A DNA stretch of 64,000 nt. Source: Eubacteriales bacterium. Lineage in GTDB: Bacteria; Bacillota; Clostridia; Oscillospirales; RGIG5299. The notes under the pieces are model-generated. The model searched no databases, was not told where the DNA came from, and saw only the letters and a program-made list of their open reading frames with translations. Where the stretch lies: positions 261,492 through 325,491 of the forward strand of contig JAZNEJ010000008.1 of assembly GCA_045588575.1 (NCBI GenBank). Reading direction: 5' to 3'. This document shows, in pieces, positions 36,227-46,625 of the stretch. The translations under genes were made by a program, and so were the position numbers. Position 1 is the first letter of the stretch. Every line of letters starts with the position of its first letter.

Positions 36227-39200
36227 ATGCAAATCAAGAAAAAGCTTGTTGGTTTCGTTTCGGTAATTTTAGCGCTTCTTATTGTTTTGCCGCTTGTGTT
36301 CGGAATGTTCGCAAGTGCAGCAGACGTAGAGCACTACGGCGCAAAAAACCCCTACACCGGTGAAATCGTAAACGAGCTTATGGACTATCCCTTCTATTCT
36401 ATTTTGCGTAAAGAATACGAAGAAAAGGGATACACCGCACCTCAGGGCGATAAGGCGGCAAACACAATTATCGTTACCCCCGGTGAAATCAAAAACAGCA
36501 AAGGAGAAACGGTAACTCTTACTCAGGCAGGAGAATCGGGCAACGTTAAGGACGCTTTTAAGTGGACCTACGATAACGCCGTTCTCACCTGGACCTTTGA
36601 AATCAAAGAGGCGGGACTTTATCAGTTCTCACTCGAGTATTTCCTTGAAAAAGATAAGGGTGCCGACCCCATAAGAAAACTCTTAATCGACGGTGAAAAG
36701 CGTTATTACGAAGCTGATAACCATATGTTCTACCGTTATTTCGTTGATGAAAACGGAGCGGAAAGAGTTTTCAATACCGACGGAGACGAAATGCGTCCCC
36801 GCGCCAAAGAAATTGAAAAGTGGAGAGAATCTTATATCTCCGACTATTACGGCTTTGAGGCTATGCCTTTCGCATTCTATTTTGAAGCAGGCACTCACAC
36901 CGTAACCATGGAGTATTATTCGGGTGATATGTTCATCGGTGATTTCACCGTTGAACCCAAAGAAGAGCTTAAGAGCTACGAGCAGTATAAAAACGACATT
37001 ACCGCAAACGGCCTTAATTCTCAGCCCGAGCTTATTAATCCCATAATGATAGACGCCGAATTCCCTTATGAGAGAAACGGCAGCGCAATCAGAAGAGAAG
37101 CAGATTCCGACCCTGAGTGCAATCCTTATCAGTGGGATAAAAAATGGCTTAACACAATAGGCGGTCAAACGTGGAGCAAGGCTCAAAAGGCTATTTCTTG
37201 GAGCTTTAATGTTGAAAACGCCGGCGTTTACAAAATTGCGGTCAGAGAATTCAGCGCATATAACGATAACCTTTCTACTTACAGAAAGATAGAAATCGAC
37301 GGCAAGGTTCCTTTTGCCGAGTTTGCGGAATATGAATTCCCCTACAACAAAGATAAAACTTGGGAAAACCACGCTCTTAATGTCGGCGGCGAAGAGGTTT
37401 ACCTTTATCTTGAAGAGGGCGAGCACGTTATTACCATGACGGTTGTTATGGGTGAGCTTTCAGAGGTTATTCAGTCTATTTACTACGACCTTCAGCTCAT
37501 GACGAGCTTCATGAACGACATTCGTGTTATAACCGGCGCAAAGCCCGACTATAACTACGACTACGGCTTCTACGACGGCGACGATAAGAGAGAATTTAAA
37601 AAGAGATTCCAAATAATGAGCGACAGTATGGCTTGGAAATACGATACCCTCGTTGAGCTTTCGTCAACCGGAGTCGTTCCTTCCATGGCAAACAGCTTTA
37701 AATTCCTCAAAACGTCGTTTGACGATGCAATAAAATATGAATATAAGATAGCAAAGCTTTACGACACCGACTTTTTAAGTGCTCAAACCAGCTTGTCTAC
37801 CTACTATTCAACGTTGCAGGCTCAAAACCTTTTAATCGACGATTTCACAGTCTATAACGATAGCTACGAGCTTCCCAAGAGAGTTTCTACTTTCGGCCAG
37901 AAGTTCTCGGCATCCTTCAAAAACTTCTTCCTTTCATTCGTAAAGGATTACGACAGCATTAAGGGTGTTCAGGGCGCAGAGATTCCCGAAACCATATTAA
38001 ATGTTTGGATTGCAAGAGGTATCGACTGGGCTGAACTCTTCAAAGAGCTTGCAGATACCACCTTTACCCCCAACTCCGGCGTTGGCGTAAAGCTTTCAAT
38101 TATGCCCGCAGGTCAGCTTTCGGCAGGTGCAACCAATGCTTTGATGCTTGCCATAGCATCGGGCAAAAACGTTCCCGACCTTTGTATAGGTGCAGACGTT
38201 AACTCTCCTGCAGAATTTGCGGTTAGAGATGCAACTTTGAGACTCGACGGATATGAAGACTACGAAGAAGTAAGCGAATGGTTCCTTGACGCAGCTATCA
38301 ATCCTTTAACATACAACGGCGGAGTTTACGCGCTCCCCGAAACAATGACTTTCAAAGCATTTTTCTATCGTACCGACATATTTGAGGAGCTTGGAATAAC
38401 CAAAATCCCCGAATCACGTCAGGATATTTACGACCACGTATTGCCTGTTCTTTACAGAAAGAATATGACAATCGGTCTTGGAAGAGATGAGGTTACCTTC
38501 CTTCTCCAATACGGCGCAAGCCTTTACAGCGAGGATTACCTCTATTCCGGCTTGGGAAGCCCCGAGGCTTACCTTGCAATGAAGGAACAGACCGACCTCT
38601 TTACACAGTATGCAATCCCGATTCAGCAGGATGCATTCAACAGATTCAGAACGGGTGAAACTCCCTGCTTCATAGGCTCGTTTGAAAACTACGTTCAGCT
38701 TAAAGCAGCGGCGCCCGAACTTAACGGACGTTGGGCAATTGCTTTAATTCCCGGTCTTGAAAAAACCGATGAAAACGGCAACACCTACGTTGACAGAACT
38801 CACAGCGGTTCAATCACCACATCTTCCTATGCGATGAACGCAACACAGTATCCCGATGAGTGCTGGGAGCTTCTCAAATGGTGGATGTGTGAAGAAACCC
38901 AAACCGAATACGGCGTTTCAATTGAAGGCATCATCGGCGAAGTTGGCAGATGGAACTCCGCAAACTTGATTTCCTTCGATAAGATGAATTGGAGCGTTGA
39001 AGACTTAGCGATAATTCAGGAAACCAGAAATTACGTTTATGAATATCCCTACGTTTTGGGCGGCTACTTCACAGGCAGACACATCACAAACGCATGGACT
39101 AAGGTTGTTATGAACAACGGAAATTTAAGAGATGCTCTTGAAGAAGCGGTTAGAGATATTAACCGTGAGCTTAAGATGAAGAACGAAGAATACGGCTTCG

Positions 39201-39229
39201 GATATCTCTACGAAAAGGAGGGAGCATAA
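36227..39229 (+). CDS. Giant extracellular solute-binding protein: signal peptide, two tandem CBM-like beta-sandwich modules, and a family-1 (LipO/LplA-like) SBP domain
   Basis: The ATG at 36227 gives the signal peptide MQIKKKLVGF..MFASA. There is an internal duplication (WTFEIKEAGLYQFSLEY..IDGEKRY..FEAGTHTVTMEY versus WSFNVENAGVYKIAVRE..IDGKVPF..LEEGEHVITMTV). The C-terminal ~550 aa resembles sugar SBPs. The track start at 36086 translates the A-rich promoter. Confidence 0.8.
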   Translation: MQIKKKLVGFVSVILALLIVLPLVFGMFASAADVEHYGAKNPYTGEIVNELMDYPFYSILRKEYEEKGYTAPQGDKAANTIIVTPGEIKNSKGETVTLTQAGESGNVKDAFKWTYDNAVLTWTFEIKEAGLYQFSLEYFLEKDKGADPIRKLLIDGEKRYYEADNHMFYRYFVDENGAERVFNTDGDEMRPRAKEIEKWRESYISDYYGFEAMPFAFYFEAGTHTVTMEYYSGDMFIGDFTVEPKEELKSYEQYKNDITANGLNSQPELINPIMIDAEFPYERNGSAIRREADSDPECNPYQWDKKWLNTIGGQTWSKAQKAISWSFNVENAGVYKIAVREFSAYNDNLSTYRKIEIDGKVPFAEFAEYEFPYNKDKTWENHALNVGGEEVYLYLEEGEHVITMTVVMGELSEVIQSIYYDLQLMTSFMNDIRVITGAKPDYNYDYGFYDGDDKREFKKRFQIMSDSMAWKYDTLVELSSTGVVPSMANSFKFLKTSFDDAIKYEYKIAKLYDTDFLSAQTSLSTYYSTLQAQNLLIDDFTVYNDSYELPKRVSTFGQKFSASFKNFFLSFVKDYDSIKGVQGAEIPETILNVWIARGIDWAELFKELADTTFTPNSGVGVKLSIMPAGQLSAGATNALMLAIASGKNVPDLCIGADVNSPAEFAVRDATLRLDGYEDYEEVSEWFLDAAINPLTYNGGVYALPETMTFKAFFYRTDIFEELGITKIPESRQDIYDHVLPVLYRKNMTIGLGRDEVTFLLQYGASLYSEDYLYSGLGSPEAYLAMKEQTDLFTQYAIPIQQDAFNRFRTGETPCFIGSFENYVQLKAAAPELNGRWAIALIPGLEKTDENGNTYVDRTHSGSITTSSYAMNATQYPDECWELLKWWMCEETQTEYGVSIEGIIGEVGRWNSANLISFDKMNWSVEDLAIIQETRNYVYEYPYVLGGYFTGRHITNAWTKVVMNNGNLRDALEEAVRDINRELKMKNEEYGFGYLYEKEGA

Positions 39230-39230
39230 G

Positions 39231-40169
39231 ATGGCAGCTAAAACTGCAACCTCACCGCTTGTAAAAGCTAAAAAGCAGAAAATAAGATACGGAAACAAGC
39301 TTGAGAAAAACTGGGTTGGCTTGCTTTTCTTCCTTCCGTTCTTCCTTCTCTTCATTTGCTTTACAATTTTACCGGTTTTGGTTGCTATGGGCCTTTCATT
39401 TACCAATTATAATATGATTCAAGACCCCACCTTCACCGGCATAACAAACTATAAGCTTCTTTTCTTGGATGACGATATTTTCATCCTCTCACTTAAAAAC
39501 ACATTCACTTTTGCAATTCTCACAGGCCCCACCGGTTATTTGCTTTCATTCATAAGTGCTTGGGTTATAAATAACCTTAAACTTAAAACCGGATTTGCGC
39601 TTGCATTCTACATCCCTTCAATTACTTCGGGTGTTGCAATGTCTGCAATTTGGATGGTTTTCTTCTCAAACGATAAATACGGCTATTTCAACAATTTCTT
39701 AATGAATATCGGCTTGGTTTCGGAGCCTATTGCGTGGCTTGCAAACCCCGAATACATTATGACCGTTATAGTAATCATTCAAATTTGGATGAGTATGGGC
39801 GGCGGCTTCCTCGTATTCTTGGCAGGTATTCAAAACCTTAATAAAGAGCTTTTGGAATCGGGTAAAATCGACGGTATTAAAACCAAATTCCAAGAACTTC
39901 AATACATTATATTACCTTCAATGAAGCCCCAGCTTCTTTACGGCGCAATCACCTCGGTAACCGGCGCATTGGCAGTTTTCGATATCGCGGTTGCCGTTGC
40001 GGGCTTCCCCTCGCCGAACTATGCGGCGCACACAATAGTTGCTCATCTTTACGACTACGCTTTCGTAAGATTCCAGATGGGTTATGCATCTGCAATAGCA
40101 ATGGTTCTCTTCTTGATGACCTTCGTAATCGGTAAAATCATCATGAGAGTTCTCCGCAGCAACGATTAA
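39231..40169 (+). CDS. Carbohydrate ABC transporter permease (MalF/LplB-like)
   Basis: 312 aa, 6 TM helices. EAA-type loop ESGKIDGIKTKFQELQYIILPSMKP. Confidence 0.88.
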   Translation: MAAKTATSPLVKAKKQKIRYGNKLEKNWVGLLFFLPFFLLFICFTILPVLVAMGLSFTNYNMIQDPTFTGITNYKLLFLDDDIFILSLKNTFTFAILTGPTGYLLSFISAWVINNLKLKTGFALAFYIPSITSGVAMSAIWMVFFSNDKYGYFNNFLMNIGLVSEPIAWLANPEYIMTVIVIIQIWMSMGGGFLVFLAGIQNLNKELLESGKIDGIKTKFQELQYIILPSMKPQLLYGAITSVTGALAVFDIAVAVAGFPSPNYAAHTIVAHLYDYAFVRFQMGYASAIAMVLFLMTFVIGKIIMRVLRSND

Positions 40170-40185
40170 GGAAGGAGGAGAAAAG

Positions 40186-41121
40186 ATGAACTATGAATCA
40201 ACAAAAGTAATCGTAAAGGTTCCTTTTAAGAAAAAAGTAACCGAAAAGCTTAAAGATATCAGAAGAGGTTTCCACCACATCACAACCGGCTGGGTTCTTC
40301 TCTACATATTTATGCTTGCTCTCTCTCTTTTCTGCTTGCTCCCTATCGTATATATGATATCGAGCTCCTTAAAGCCTTACGACGAACTTTTCTACTTCCC
40401 TCCGAGATTCTTCGCGGAGAAGCCCACGTTAGATAACTTTACAAACCTTTTCGCATCGCTTTCAAACTCAACCGTTCCCTTCACGAGATATCTCTTTAAC
40501 AGTATCGTTTTAACGGTTGGAACCGTTGCGGGAACCTGTATGGTTTGCTCAATGGGTGCTTACGGTCTTTCTAAATTTAAGATTCCCGGAAGAGACCTTA
40601 TCTTTAACATTATAATAGCAACCTTAATGTTCTCGGCTTACGTTACCAGAATTCCCTCATTCTTGGTTATTTCGAATATGGGACTTTTAGACTCCTATTG
40701 GGGTATTATCATAACCTCGGTTGGCGCATCGGGTAACTTCTTCCTTATGAAGCAGTTTATCGACCAGTTCCCCTACGAGCTTATGGAAGCTGCGAGAATA
40801 GACGGTGCAGGTGAAATGAGAATTTTCTTAAAGATAGTAATGCCCGCTCAAAAGCCGGCGTTATCGGCTCTTATAGTTTTCTCCTTCGTTTCCTCTTGGA
40901 ACGACTATTTCACTCCCCTCATATTCCTCACCAGCCAGTCGATGAGAACGCTTCCCTTGGCGCTTCAGAGCTTGGCGGGCGGTGCAGGCGCAGCATCTCT
41001 TGCAACGGCAGGCATTATGTCGGCGGCAAGCTTGCTCATGACCTTGCCCGTTGTTGTAATCTTCGTATTTATGCAGCGTAAGGTTATTGAAACCATGACC
41101 TATGCGGGCATTAAGGGTTAA
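40186..41121 (+). CDS. Carbohydrate ABC transporter permease (MalG/LplC-like)
   Basis: 311 aa. EAA loop EAARIDGAGEMRIFLKIVMPAQKPA. Confidence 0.88.
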   Translation: MNYESTKVIVKVPFKKKVTEKLKDIRRGFHHITTGWVLLYIFMLALSLFCLLPIVYMISSSLKPYDELFYFPPRFFAEKPTLDNFTNLFASLSNSTVPFTRYLFNSIVLTVGTVAGTCMVCSMGAYGLSKFKIPGRDLIFNIIIATLMFSAYVTRIPSFLVISNMGLLDSYWGIIITSVGASGNFFLMKQFIDQFPYELMEAARIDGAGEMRIFLKIVMPAQKPALSALIVFSFVSSWNDYFTPLIFLTSQSMRTLPLALQSLAGGAGAASLATAGIMSAASLLMTLPVVVIFVFMQRKVIETMTYAGIKG

Positions 41122-41133
41122 GGAGGACTGAAA

Positions 41134-43551
41134 ATGAAAATTTCAAAGAAAATAATCAGCGTTCTCCTTGCCGTAATCGTGCTCGTTTCGGCTTTTGCGG
41201 TTTTTGCAAACGCAGAATCCGGCGACTACGTAACCAGAGGTGTTTCGGGCAGAACCCCCATCCCCACAACCTATAAGGTTGAAAACGTTATAATGGAAAT
41301 CGAAGCCAAGCAGGAATTCACCTATTGGCGCGAAACCGGCAAAACGATAACGGTAACCGATGAAGAAGGTTACACCTATCAAACCAAAGAGTATGAAGAG
41401 GTTAAGGTTGATATCGGCGACATGATAGAAATGACCGCTCCCGAAGACCTTTTCATCGACTCGAACGACGTTATGTACGTTGCCGACACCAAAAACAGCA
41501 GAGTACTTAAATTTAACAGCGACCTTGAGCTTTTGGGCATTTGGTCGGGCTTCTTCGGTGAAGTAACCAAAACCGCCGAAAAAGTTGAAACCTATACCGA
41601 AATCGTAAACGGCGTTGAGGTTCAGAAAGAACGCAAGGTAACCAAAGAAATAACCGTTAGCGAATTTTCGGGCTTTAAAGGTCCCAGAGGCGTTTTCGTT
41701 GCCGACTTCGAGGATTTCAATATCTACGTAGCCGACACCGAAAACAAAAGAATAATCTGCTTAGCTCAAAACGGCGGCTTGGTAAGAAACTACGGTGTTC
41801 CCACCTCAGACCTTATTACCGACAGCGAAATAAGCAACAACTATTCTCCCGCTAAAATAATAAAAACCAAAACAGGCTATCTTTACGTTGTTGTTAAAGA
41901 GTCGGTTATGACCTTAGACGATAATAACGTTTTCCAAGGCTATTACGGTCAGGCATCCGTTGCTTTCGACGTTAAGCTTTCGCTTTACAGAGCCTTCGGA
42001 TTAGAGGCCTACATTGAAAATACCGCAAAAACCTATGCAAGCTTCTATTTGAATATCACCCTCGGAAGCGATAACCTCGTTTACGCCGTAACACAAGATA
42101 CTTTAACCGGCGAAATTAAGAAGTTAAACGCCGTTGGTGAAAACATTTACAGAAATTACGGCGGCGGCGGTGGCGGCGGCGGAAGCATTTACGACCAGCT
42201 CGTTGCAAGCTTCTTCTCCAATTCCACCAACCCCTTGGCGTTACTCTTTGCAAAAACCAGCCTTTTGGGTGAATCCTTCTGGTTCGGCGAAAGAATAGAC
42301 GATAAGGGTATGTACCGTTTCCCCATCTTCGCAGACGTTTGCGTTGATTCCACCGGCATTCTCACCGTTTTGGAAAGAAACACCGGTAAGCTTTATCAGT
42401 ACGACCAGGAAGGCAACTGCCTCACCGTTTTCGGCGGATTAAACGAGGTTAAAGGCACCTTCGAAAATCCCGAATCAATCGCGGTTGACTCTGTTGGTAA
42501 CATATACGTTCTCGATAAAAGCTTAAACTCCATTCAAATATTCAAGCCCACCGTATTCATAAAGAAGGTACACGAAGCGGTTAACCTCTACGGCGCAGGT
42601 GAATACGACGCAGCTTCAAAAACGTGGAAAGAGGTTTTACAAATGACCTCCACCTACGATATGGCTCACGTCGGCCTTGCAAAAACCGAGTTTAAAGAGG
42701 GTAAATACGAAAGCGCAATGAACCTCTATTACCTCGCTCAAGACAGAGCAGGCTATTCTCAGGCGTTTTCCGAATGGAGACGAGTAATCTTCAGAGAATA
42801 TTTTGCAGTTATAGTTATTGCAATAGTAATAATTTTCGTAGCGGTTTACTGGTTGGTAACCGCAATGTCGAAAACGGCAGACAAAGCTCTTTCGTTCTCA
42901 TCTGAAGAGGGAAGAGAAAAATGGTCGCCGAAGAAGAACCTGCAAATATTTATAGGCACCATAATTTCGCCCTTTAAGCTGTTTGACAGAATTAAAGGCT
43001 CCGAAAAGAAGCTTATGTGGTGGCCGCCCATCGTGGTATTCGCCTTGGTTGTTATAACCAGACTTTGCTACATTTTCCTCGTTCACTATCCGCTTGCGGA
43101 TATGGAGCCCAGAAATGCAAACATCATTCTCGAAATAGGAAAAATGCTCTTGCCTCCGCTCACTTGGTCGCTTGCAAGCATAGCAATCACTTCTATTTGG
43201 GACGGCGAATCCAAATTCAAAGAAATTTTCTACGCAACCGCCATGGCTCAGGTACCTTATATATTAATGACGTGGATATTAATTCCGTTAAGCCATGCGC
43301 TTTGCCAGACTGAGTTTGATATCTTCAGCTCTCTCATTCAGATTGCATCTGTTTGGGTGCTCTTCCTCACCATAGGCTCGTTGAAGACATTAAACGATTA
43401 CAGCGTTGGCAAAACAATAAAAGTCGGCATAGTTATCGGCTTGGCAATGCTCTTAATTTGGGGTATATGCATCTTGGCAATCACCTTAATCGGTCAGGTG
43501 CTTAACTTCGCAGAGAGCATAATGCTTGAAATAAGAATGATATTACTGTAA
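41134..43551 (+). CDS. Exported NHL-repeat beta-propeller protein fused to a TPR-like segment and a C-terminal Yip1-type polytopic membrane domain
   Basis: 805 aa. Signal peptide; NHL-like repeats (YVADTKNSRVLKF, YVADTENKRIICL, IYVLDKSLNSIQIF); a G8 linker; then 1+5 TM helices resembling Yip1. Confidence 0.7.
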   Translation: MKISKKIISVLLAVIVLVSAFAVFANAESGDYVTRGVSGRTPIPTTYKVENVIMEIEAKQEFTYWRETGKTITVTDEEGYTYQTKEYEEVKVDIGDMIEMTAPEDLFIDSNDVMYVADTKNSRVLKFNSDLELLGIWSGFFGEVTKTAEKVETYTEIVNGVEVQKERKVTKEITVSEFSGFKGPRGVFVADFEDFNIYVADTENKRIICLAQNGGLVRNYGVPTSDLITDSEISNNYSPAKIIKTKTGYLYVVVKESVMTLDDNNVFQGYYGQASVAFDVKLSLYRAFGLEAYIENTAKTYASFYLNITLGSDNLVYAVTQDTLTGEIKKLNAVGENIYRNYGGGGGGGGSIYDQLVASFFSNSTNPLALLFAKTSLLGESFWFGERIDDKGMYRFPIFADVCVDSTGILTVLERNTGKLYQYDQEGNCLTVFGGLNEVKGTFENPESIAVDSVGNIYVLDKSLNSIQIFKPTVFIKKVHEAVNLYGAGEYDAASKTWKEVLQMTSTYDMAHVGLAKTEFKEGKYESAMNLYYLAQDRAGYSQAFSEWRRVIFREYFAVIVIAIVIIFVAVYWLVTAMSKTADKALSFSSEEGREKWSPKKNLQIFIGTIISPFKLFDRIKGSEKKLMWWPPIVVFALVVITRLCYIFLVHYPLADMEPRNANIILEIGKMLLPPLTWSLASIAITSIWDGESKFKEIFYATAMAQVPYILMTWILIPLSHALCQTEFDIFSSLIQIASVWVLFLTIGSLKTLNDYSVGKTIKVGIVIGLAMLLIWGICILAITLIGQVLNFAESIMLEIRMILL

Positions 43552-43567
43552 AAGGAGGCAATGAGAA

Positions 43568-46500
43568 ATGAAAACTAAAAGAATAATAGCAGCATTATTG
43601 GCAGTTATCTTGGTTCTTCCCTTATTTTCCTTTGCCGCCTTTGCAGATACCAAGGTAAATTCGGTTAAATACGATAATTTGCCTTTAAAAAGTCTTGCGG
43701 AAATGGAAATAGATTTCACTAAGCCCGTAGCTTCAAGTGGAAATTTAGACCTTTTCTTTATAAGATACAGCAAATGCGCTGAGGAAACAATTACAACAAC
43801 CGGTAAGGTTGTAGTAGACGCTTTAACCGGCATGAAGGATGCGGTTTTTGCAGAAGAAATTGCAGAACTTCGTCCCTCGGGCTTGTTCGTAGGTGAGTTT
43901 ATAACTCCCGTTAACGGCGCAATTCCCGATTTAAGCCAAAAAGGACTTACTGCCGGAAGCATTCTCACCGAAATCGACGGTCAGGCGATAAACTCGGTTG
44001 AGGACTACGTTAACATAATGAACAGCAAAGACGTTGGCGAAGAAATAGAAGCAACCTACGTTAGACTTTCAAGCTCCAAAAAGAAGAGCGCGGTTCACAC
44101 CATTAAAGACGGCGCATTAAACGCCGAAAAAGCGCTCTTTATGATAGATTTCCTTAAAAATAATCTTAAAGATTCCGAGCTCGGCATTTATCTCGGCGAA
44201 TATCAAACCCCCGCAGGAATGACCGACAGCGAATTCAAAAAGCTTATGGAAATCGACAAAAAATCGCTCGCAACAAAATACACCTACACCATCGAGCTTA
44301 AAAAAGGTAAAGGCGCCGCATTGCCCACAGATATTGAGAAAAAGTGGACCGGCACCGTTACCGAAAATATGACTGTTGCTGAATTCGCAGCATTCGCAGA
44401 TGAATTTAAAGCAAAATACGACTATTATACCGGCTTGAGAAAATCGGGCAATGAAGTAACCGTAAGATTTGAATATTTATATCAAACCTTTGAAGAAAAA
44501 ACCGTTAACTTCACCACCGGTCTTGTTTGCGATGCGCTTTTCGTTTTAGATAAGCAAAATCCCGAAAAGCCGTTCCTTTGGAGAGCAACCGTTGACGAAA
44601 CCGAATACGACATCATAAATTCGGGCACCGTTAAAAGATGGAACGACCTTATGAGGTCTTTAATAGTTGTTTATGCCGACCAGCTCCGTTCCGACGTTGC
44701 AACCGGAAGTAAGGTTACATACGCCTCCGGCGACGTTTCCGCTTGCAAAACAAGCTACAGAATTGAAAACGGCAAAATAATCTACACCGCAGACTTCTCT
44801 GCAATTAAGGTTTTTGTTGAAGCTGAATTCGGTCTTAAAGACGGAAGCTTCTATGCAAAAATTCTTAACGAAAGCATAAAAGAAGAAGGCACGGGCGAAA
44901 GCGCAAGAAGAATAACCGATATTTCAATTCTTCCTTTCTTCGGCGCAACCAACAGCTCAAAAGACGGCTACATTATAGTTCCCGACGGCTCGGGTATGAT
45001 GATTAACTTTGCTGCTAACGTAAACAGCATTTATGCAAAGGAATACGTATTCTCGGTTGGCGGCTCCGACGTTTTAGATATCGATAAGTTCTTAAAGAAC
45101 GAAAACATTCTCGAAAACGTTAATCTTCCGGTATTCGGAATTGCAAACGAAACTGCAAACGTAGGCTTCGTTGCATATTCTAAAACCGCAAACGCAGAGG
45201 CATCGGTTATTGCGGCTCCCGCAGGCTTTGCGGTTGACCTTTACCGCGCATCTCTCCGTTTCCGTTACCGCTATTCAACCGATATTATCGGAACCAATAT
45301 TGCGGTTGGCGAGGGTAACACCATTGCATCAAGCGCAAGTAAGAAAGTAGTTGGTAAGAAATACAGTGAAGAAAGAATTACCAATGAATCGCATGAAGTA
45401 ATCTACACCTTCCTTTCGGGTGAAAACGCCAATTACAGCGGAATGGCAAATGCATACAGAGATTACCTCGTTAAAAACGGCGACCTTAAAGATAACGTAG
45501 CAAACGAAGAAAAGCTTCCCATAGTTATTGATTTCTTTATGGCAACCAGAGAAAGCCAGATTATTTTCACAAAAATAGTTAAAATGACTTCCTTTGAAGA
45601 CGCCAAAGAAATTGCTGAGGACCTTAAAGCAAACGGCGTAGCAAATATGATTACCAAGTTTGTCGGAAGCGAGCAGGGCGGCTACGGAAATTATCCGAAA
45701 ATATGGCCTCTTGAAGGCGCGCTCGGCGGCGAAGGCGGAGCAAAAGCTTTTGCCGAGTTTGCAAAAGCAAACGGAATTAAATCGCTTTTGGAAATTGAAA
45801 CCATAAAAGCTAACAGCGACGTTGGCGGGTTCTCCACCAAAAACGATATAGTAAGCTTCGGTAACTCCATTGCGGTTTCCAACTCAATGCAGAATATCTA
45901 CTATTTGAACGCTCCCGCTGTTCAGAAAAAGATGCAAGACTTTATGGGTAAGGTAAAAGGCATAGGCTTCAGCGGAGTTTCAATCAACACCATAGGTAAT
46001 ATAATTTACCAGAACTATAAAGGTAAAGAAATGCTCCAAAACAGACAAGATACCTTAAACACTTGGGATTCTGTAATGAATAATATAGCTCAGAATAATG
46101 AGTTCGTATCGGCAGAAGGCGCATCGCTTTACACCATTAAGTATTCTAATCTTTTAACCGAAATTCCCACAAAATCATCGGAATATCACATAAGCTATAA
46201 GTCGGTTCCCTTTGTTCAGATGATTTTACACGGCTACGTAAACTACACCGATGAGCCCATTAACCTCTTCTACGACCAAAACGTTCAGAAGTTAAAGCTC
46301 GTTGAATACGGCTGCTTACCTTATTATAAAATAACCAAGGAAGCAACCGAAAACTTAAAGCTTTCGGAATACAATCTCCTCTTCTCCTCCGAATATTCGC
46401 AGTGGAAAGACGATATAATCAATTTCTACGCAAAATGCAGCGAGAAGCTTAACGACGTTTGGAACGTTCCCATGGTATATCACGAAAGCGATGACAATAT

Positions 46501-46609
46501 CGCAACGGTCAGATACGAAAACGGTAAAACCCTTTACGTAAACTATAACGACCATGCAGTTGAAATCAACGGCGTATCAGTCGGCGCTTATGATTTCGAA
46601 GTAAGATGA
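43568..46609 (+). CDS. Large exported protein with an N-terminal PDZ-like segment and a large C-terminal domain (DUF5696-like as I recall it)
   Basis: 1013 aa. Signal peptide MKTKRIIAALLAVILVLPLFSFAAFA. PDZ-like segment GSILTEIDGQAINSVEDYVNIM..EATYVR. The family assignment of the rest is from memory and tentative. Confidence 0.65.
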   Translation: MKTKRIIAALLAVILVLPLFSFAAFADTKVNSVKYDNLPLKSLAEMEIDFTKPVASSGNLDLFFIRYSKCAEETITTTGKVVVDALTGMKDAVFAEEIAELRPSGLFVGEFITPVNGAIPDLSQKGLTAGSILTEIDGQAINSVEDYVNIMNSKDVGEEIEATYVRLSSSKKKSAVHTIKDGALNAEKALFMIDFLKNNLKDSELGIYLGEYQTPAGMTDSEFKKLMEIDKKSLATKYTYTIELKKGKGAALPTDIEKKWTGTVTENMTVAEFAAFADEFKAKYDYYTGLRKSGNEVTVRFEYLYQTFEEKTVNFTTGLVCDALFVLDKQNPEKPFLWRATVDETEYDIINSGTVKRWNDLMRSLIVVYADQLRSDVATGSKVTYASGDVSACKTSYRIENGKIIYTADFSAIKVFVEAEFGLKDGSFYAKILNESIKEEGTGESARRITDISILPFFGATNSSKDGYIIVPDGSGMMINFAANVNSIYAKEYVFSVGGSDVLDIDKFLKNENILENVNLPVFGIANETANVGFVAYSKTANAEASVIAAPAGFAVDLYRASLRFRYRYSTDIIGTNIAVGEGNTIASSASKKVVGKKYSEERITNESHEVIYTFLSGENANYSGMANAYRDYLVKNGDLKDNVANEEKLPIVIDFFMATRESQIIFTKIVKMTSFEDAKEIAEDLKANGVANMITKFVGSEQGGYGNYPKIWPLEGALGGEGGAKAFAEFAKANGIKSLLEIETIKANSDVGGFSTKNDIVSFGNSIAVSNSMQNIYYLNAPAVQKKMQDFMGKVKGIGFSGVSINTIGNIIYQNYKGKEMLQNRQDTLNTWDSVMNNIAQNNEFVSAEGASLYTIKYSNLLTEIPTKSSEYHISYKSVPFVQMILHGYVNYTDEPINLFYDQNVQKLKLVEYGCLPYYKITKEATENLKLSEYNLLFSSEYSQWKDDIINFYAKCSEKLNDVWNVPMVYHESDDNIATVRYENGKTLYVNYNDHAVEINGVSVGAYDFEVR

Positions 46610-46625
46610 AACGGGGTGGATTGAA

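Noticed and set aside
42160-42185. GGC/GGT-rich tract (GGCGGCGGCGGTGGCGGCGGCGGA), considered as a G-quadruplex or slippage site
   Set aside because: It is in frame and encodes a Gly8 linker between propeller blades. It is not a homopolymer, and the codon interruption (GGT) argues against phase variation.
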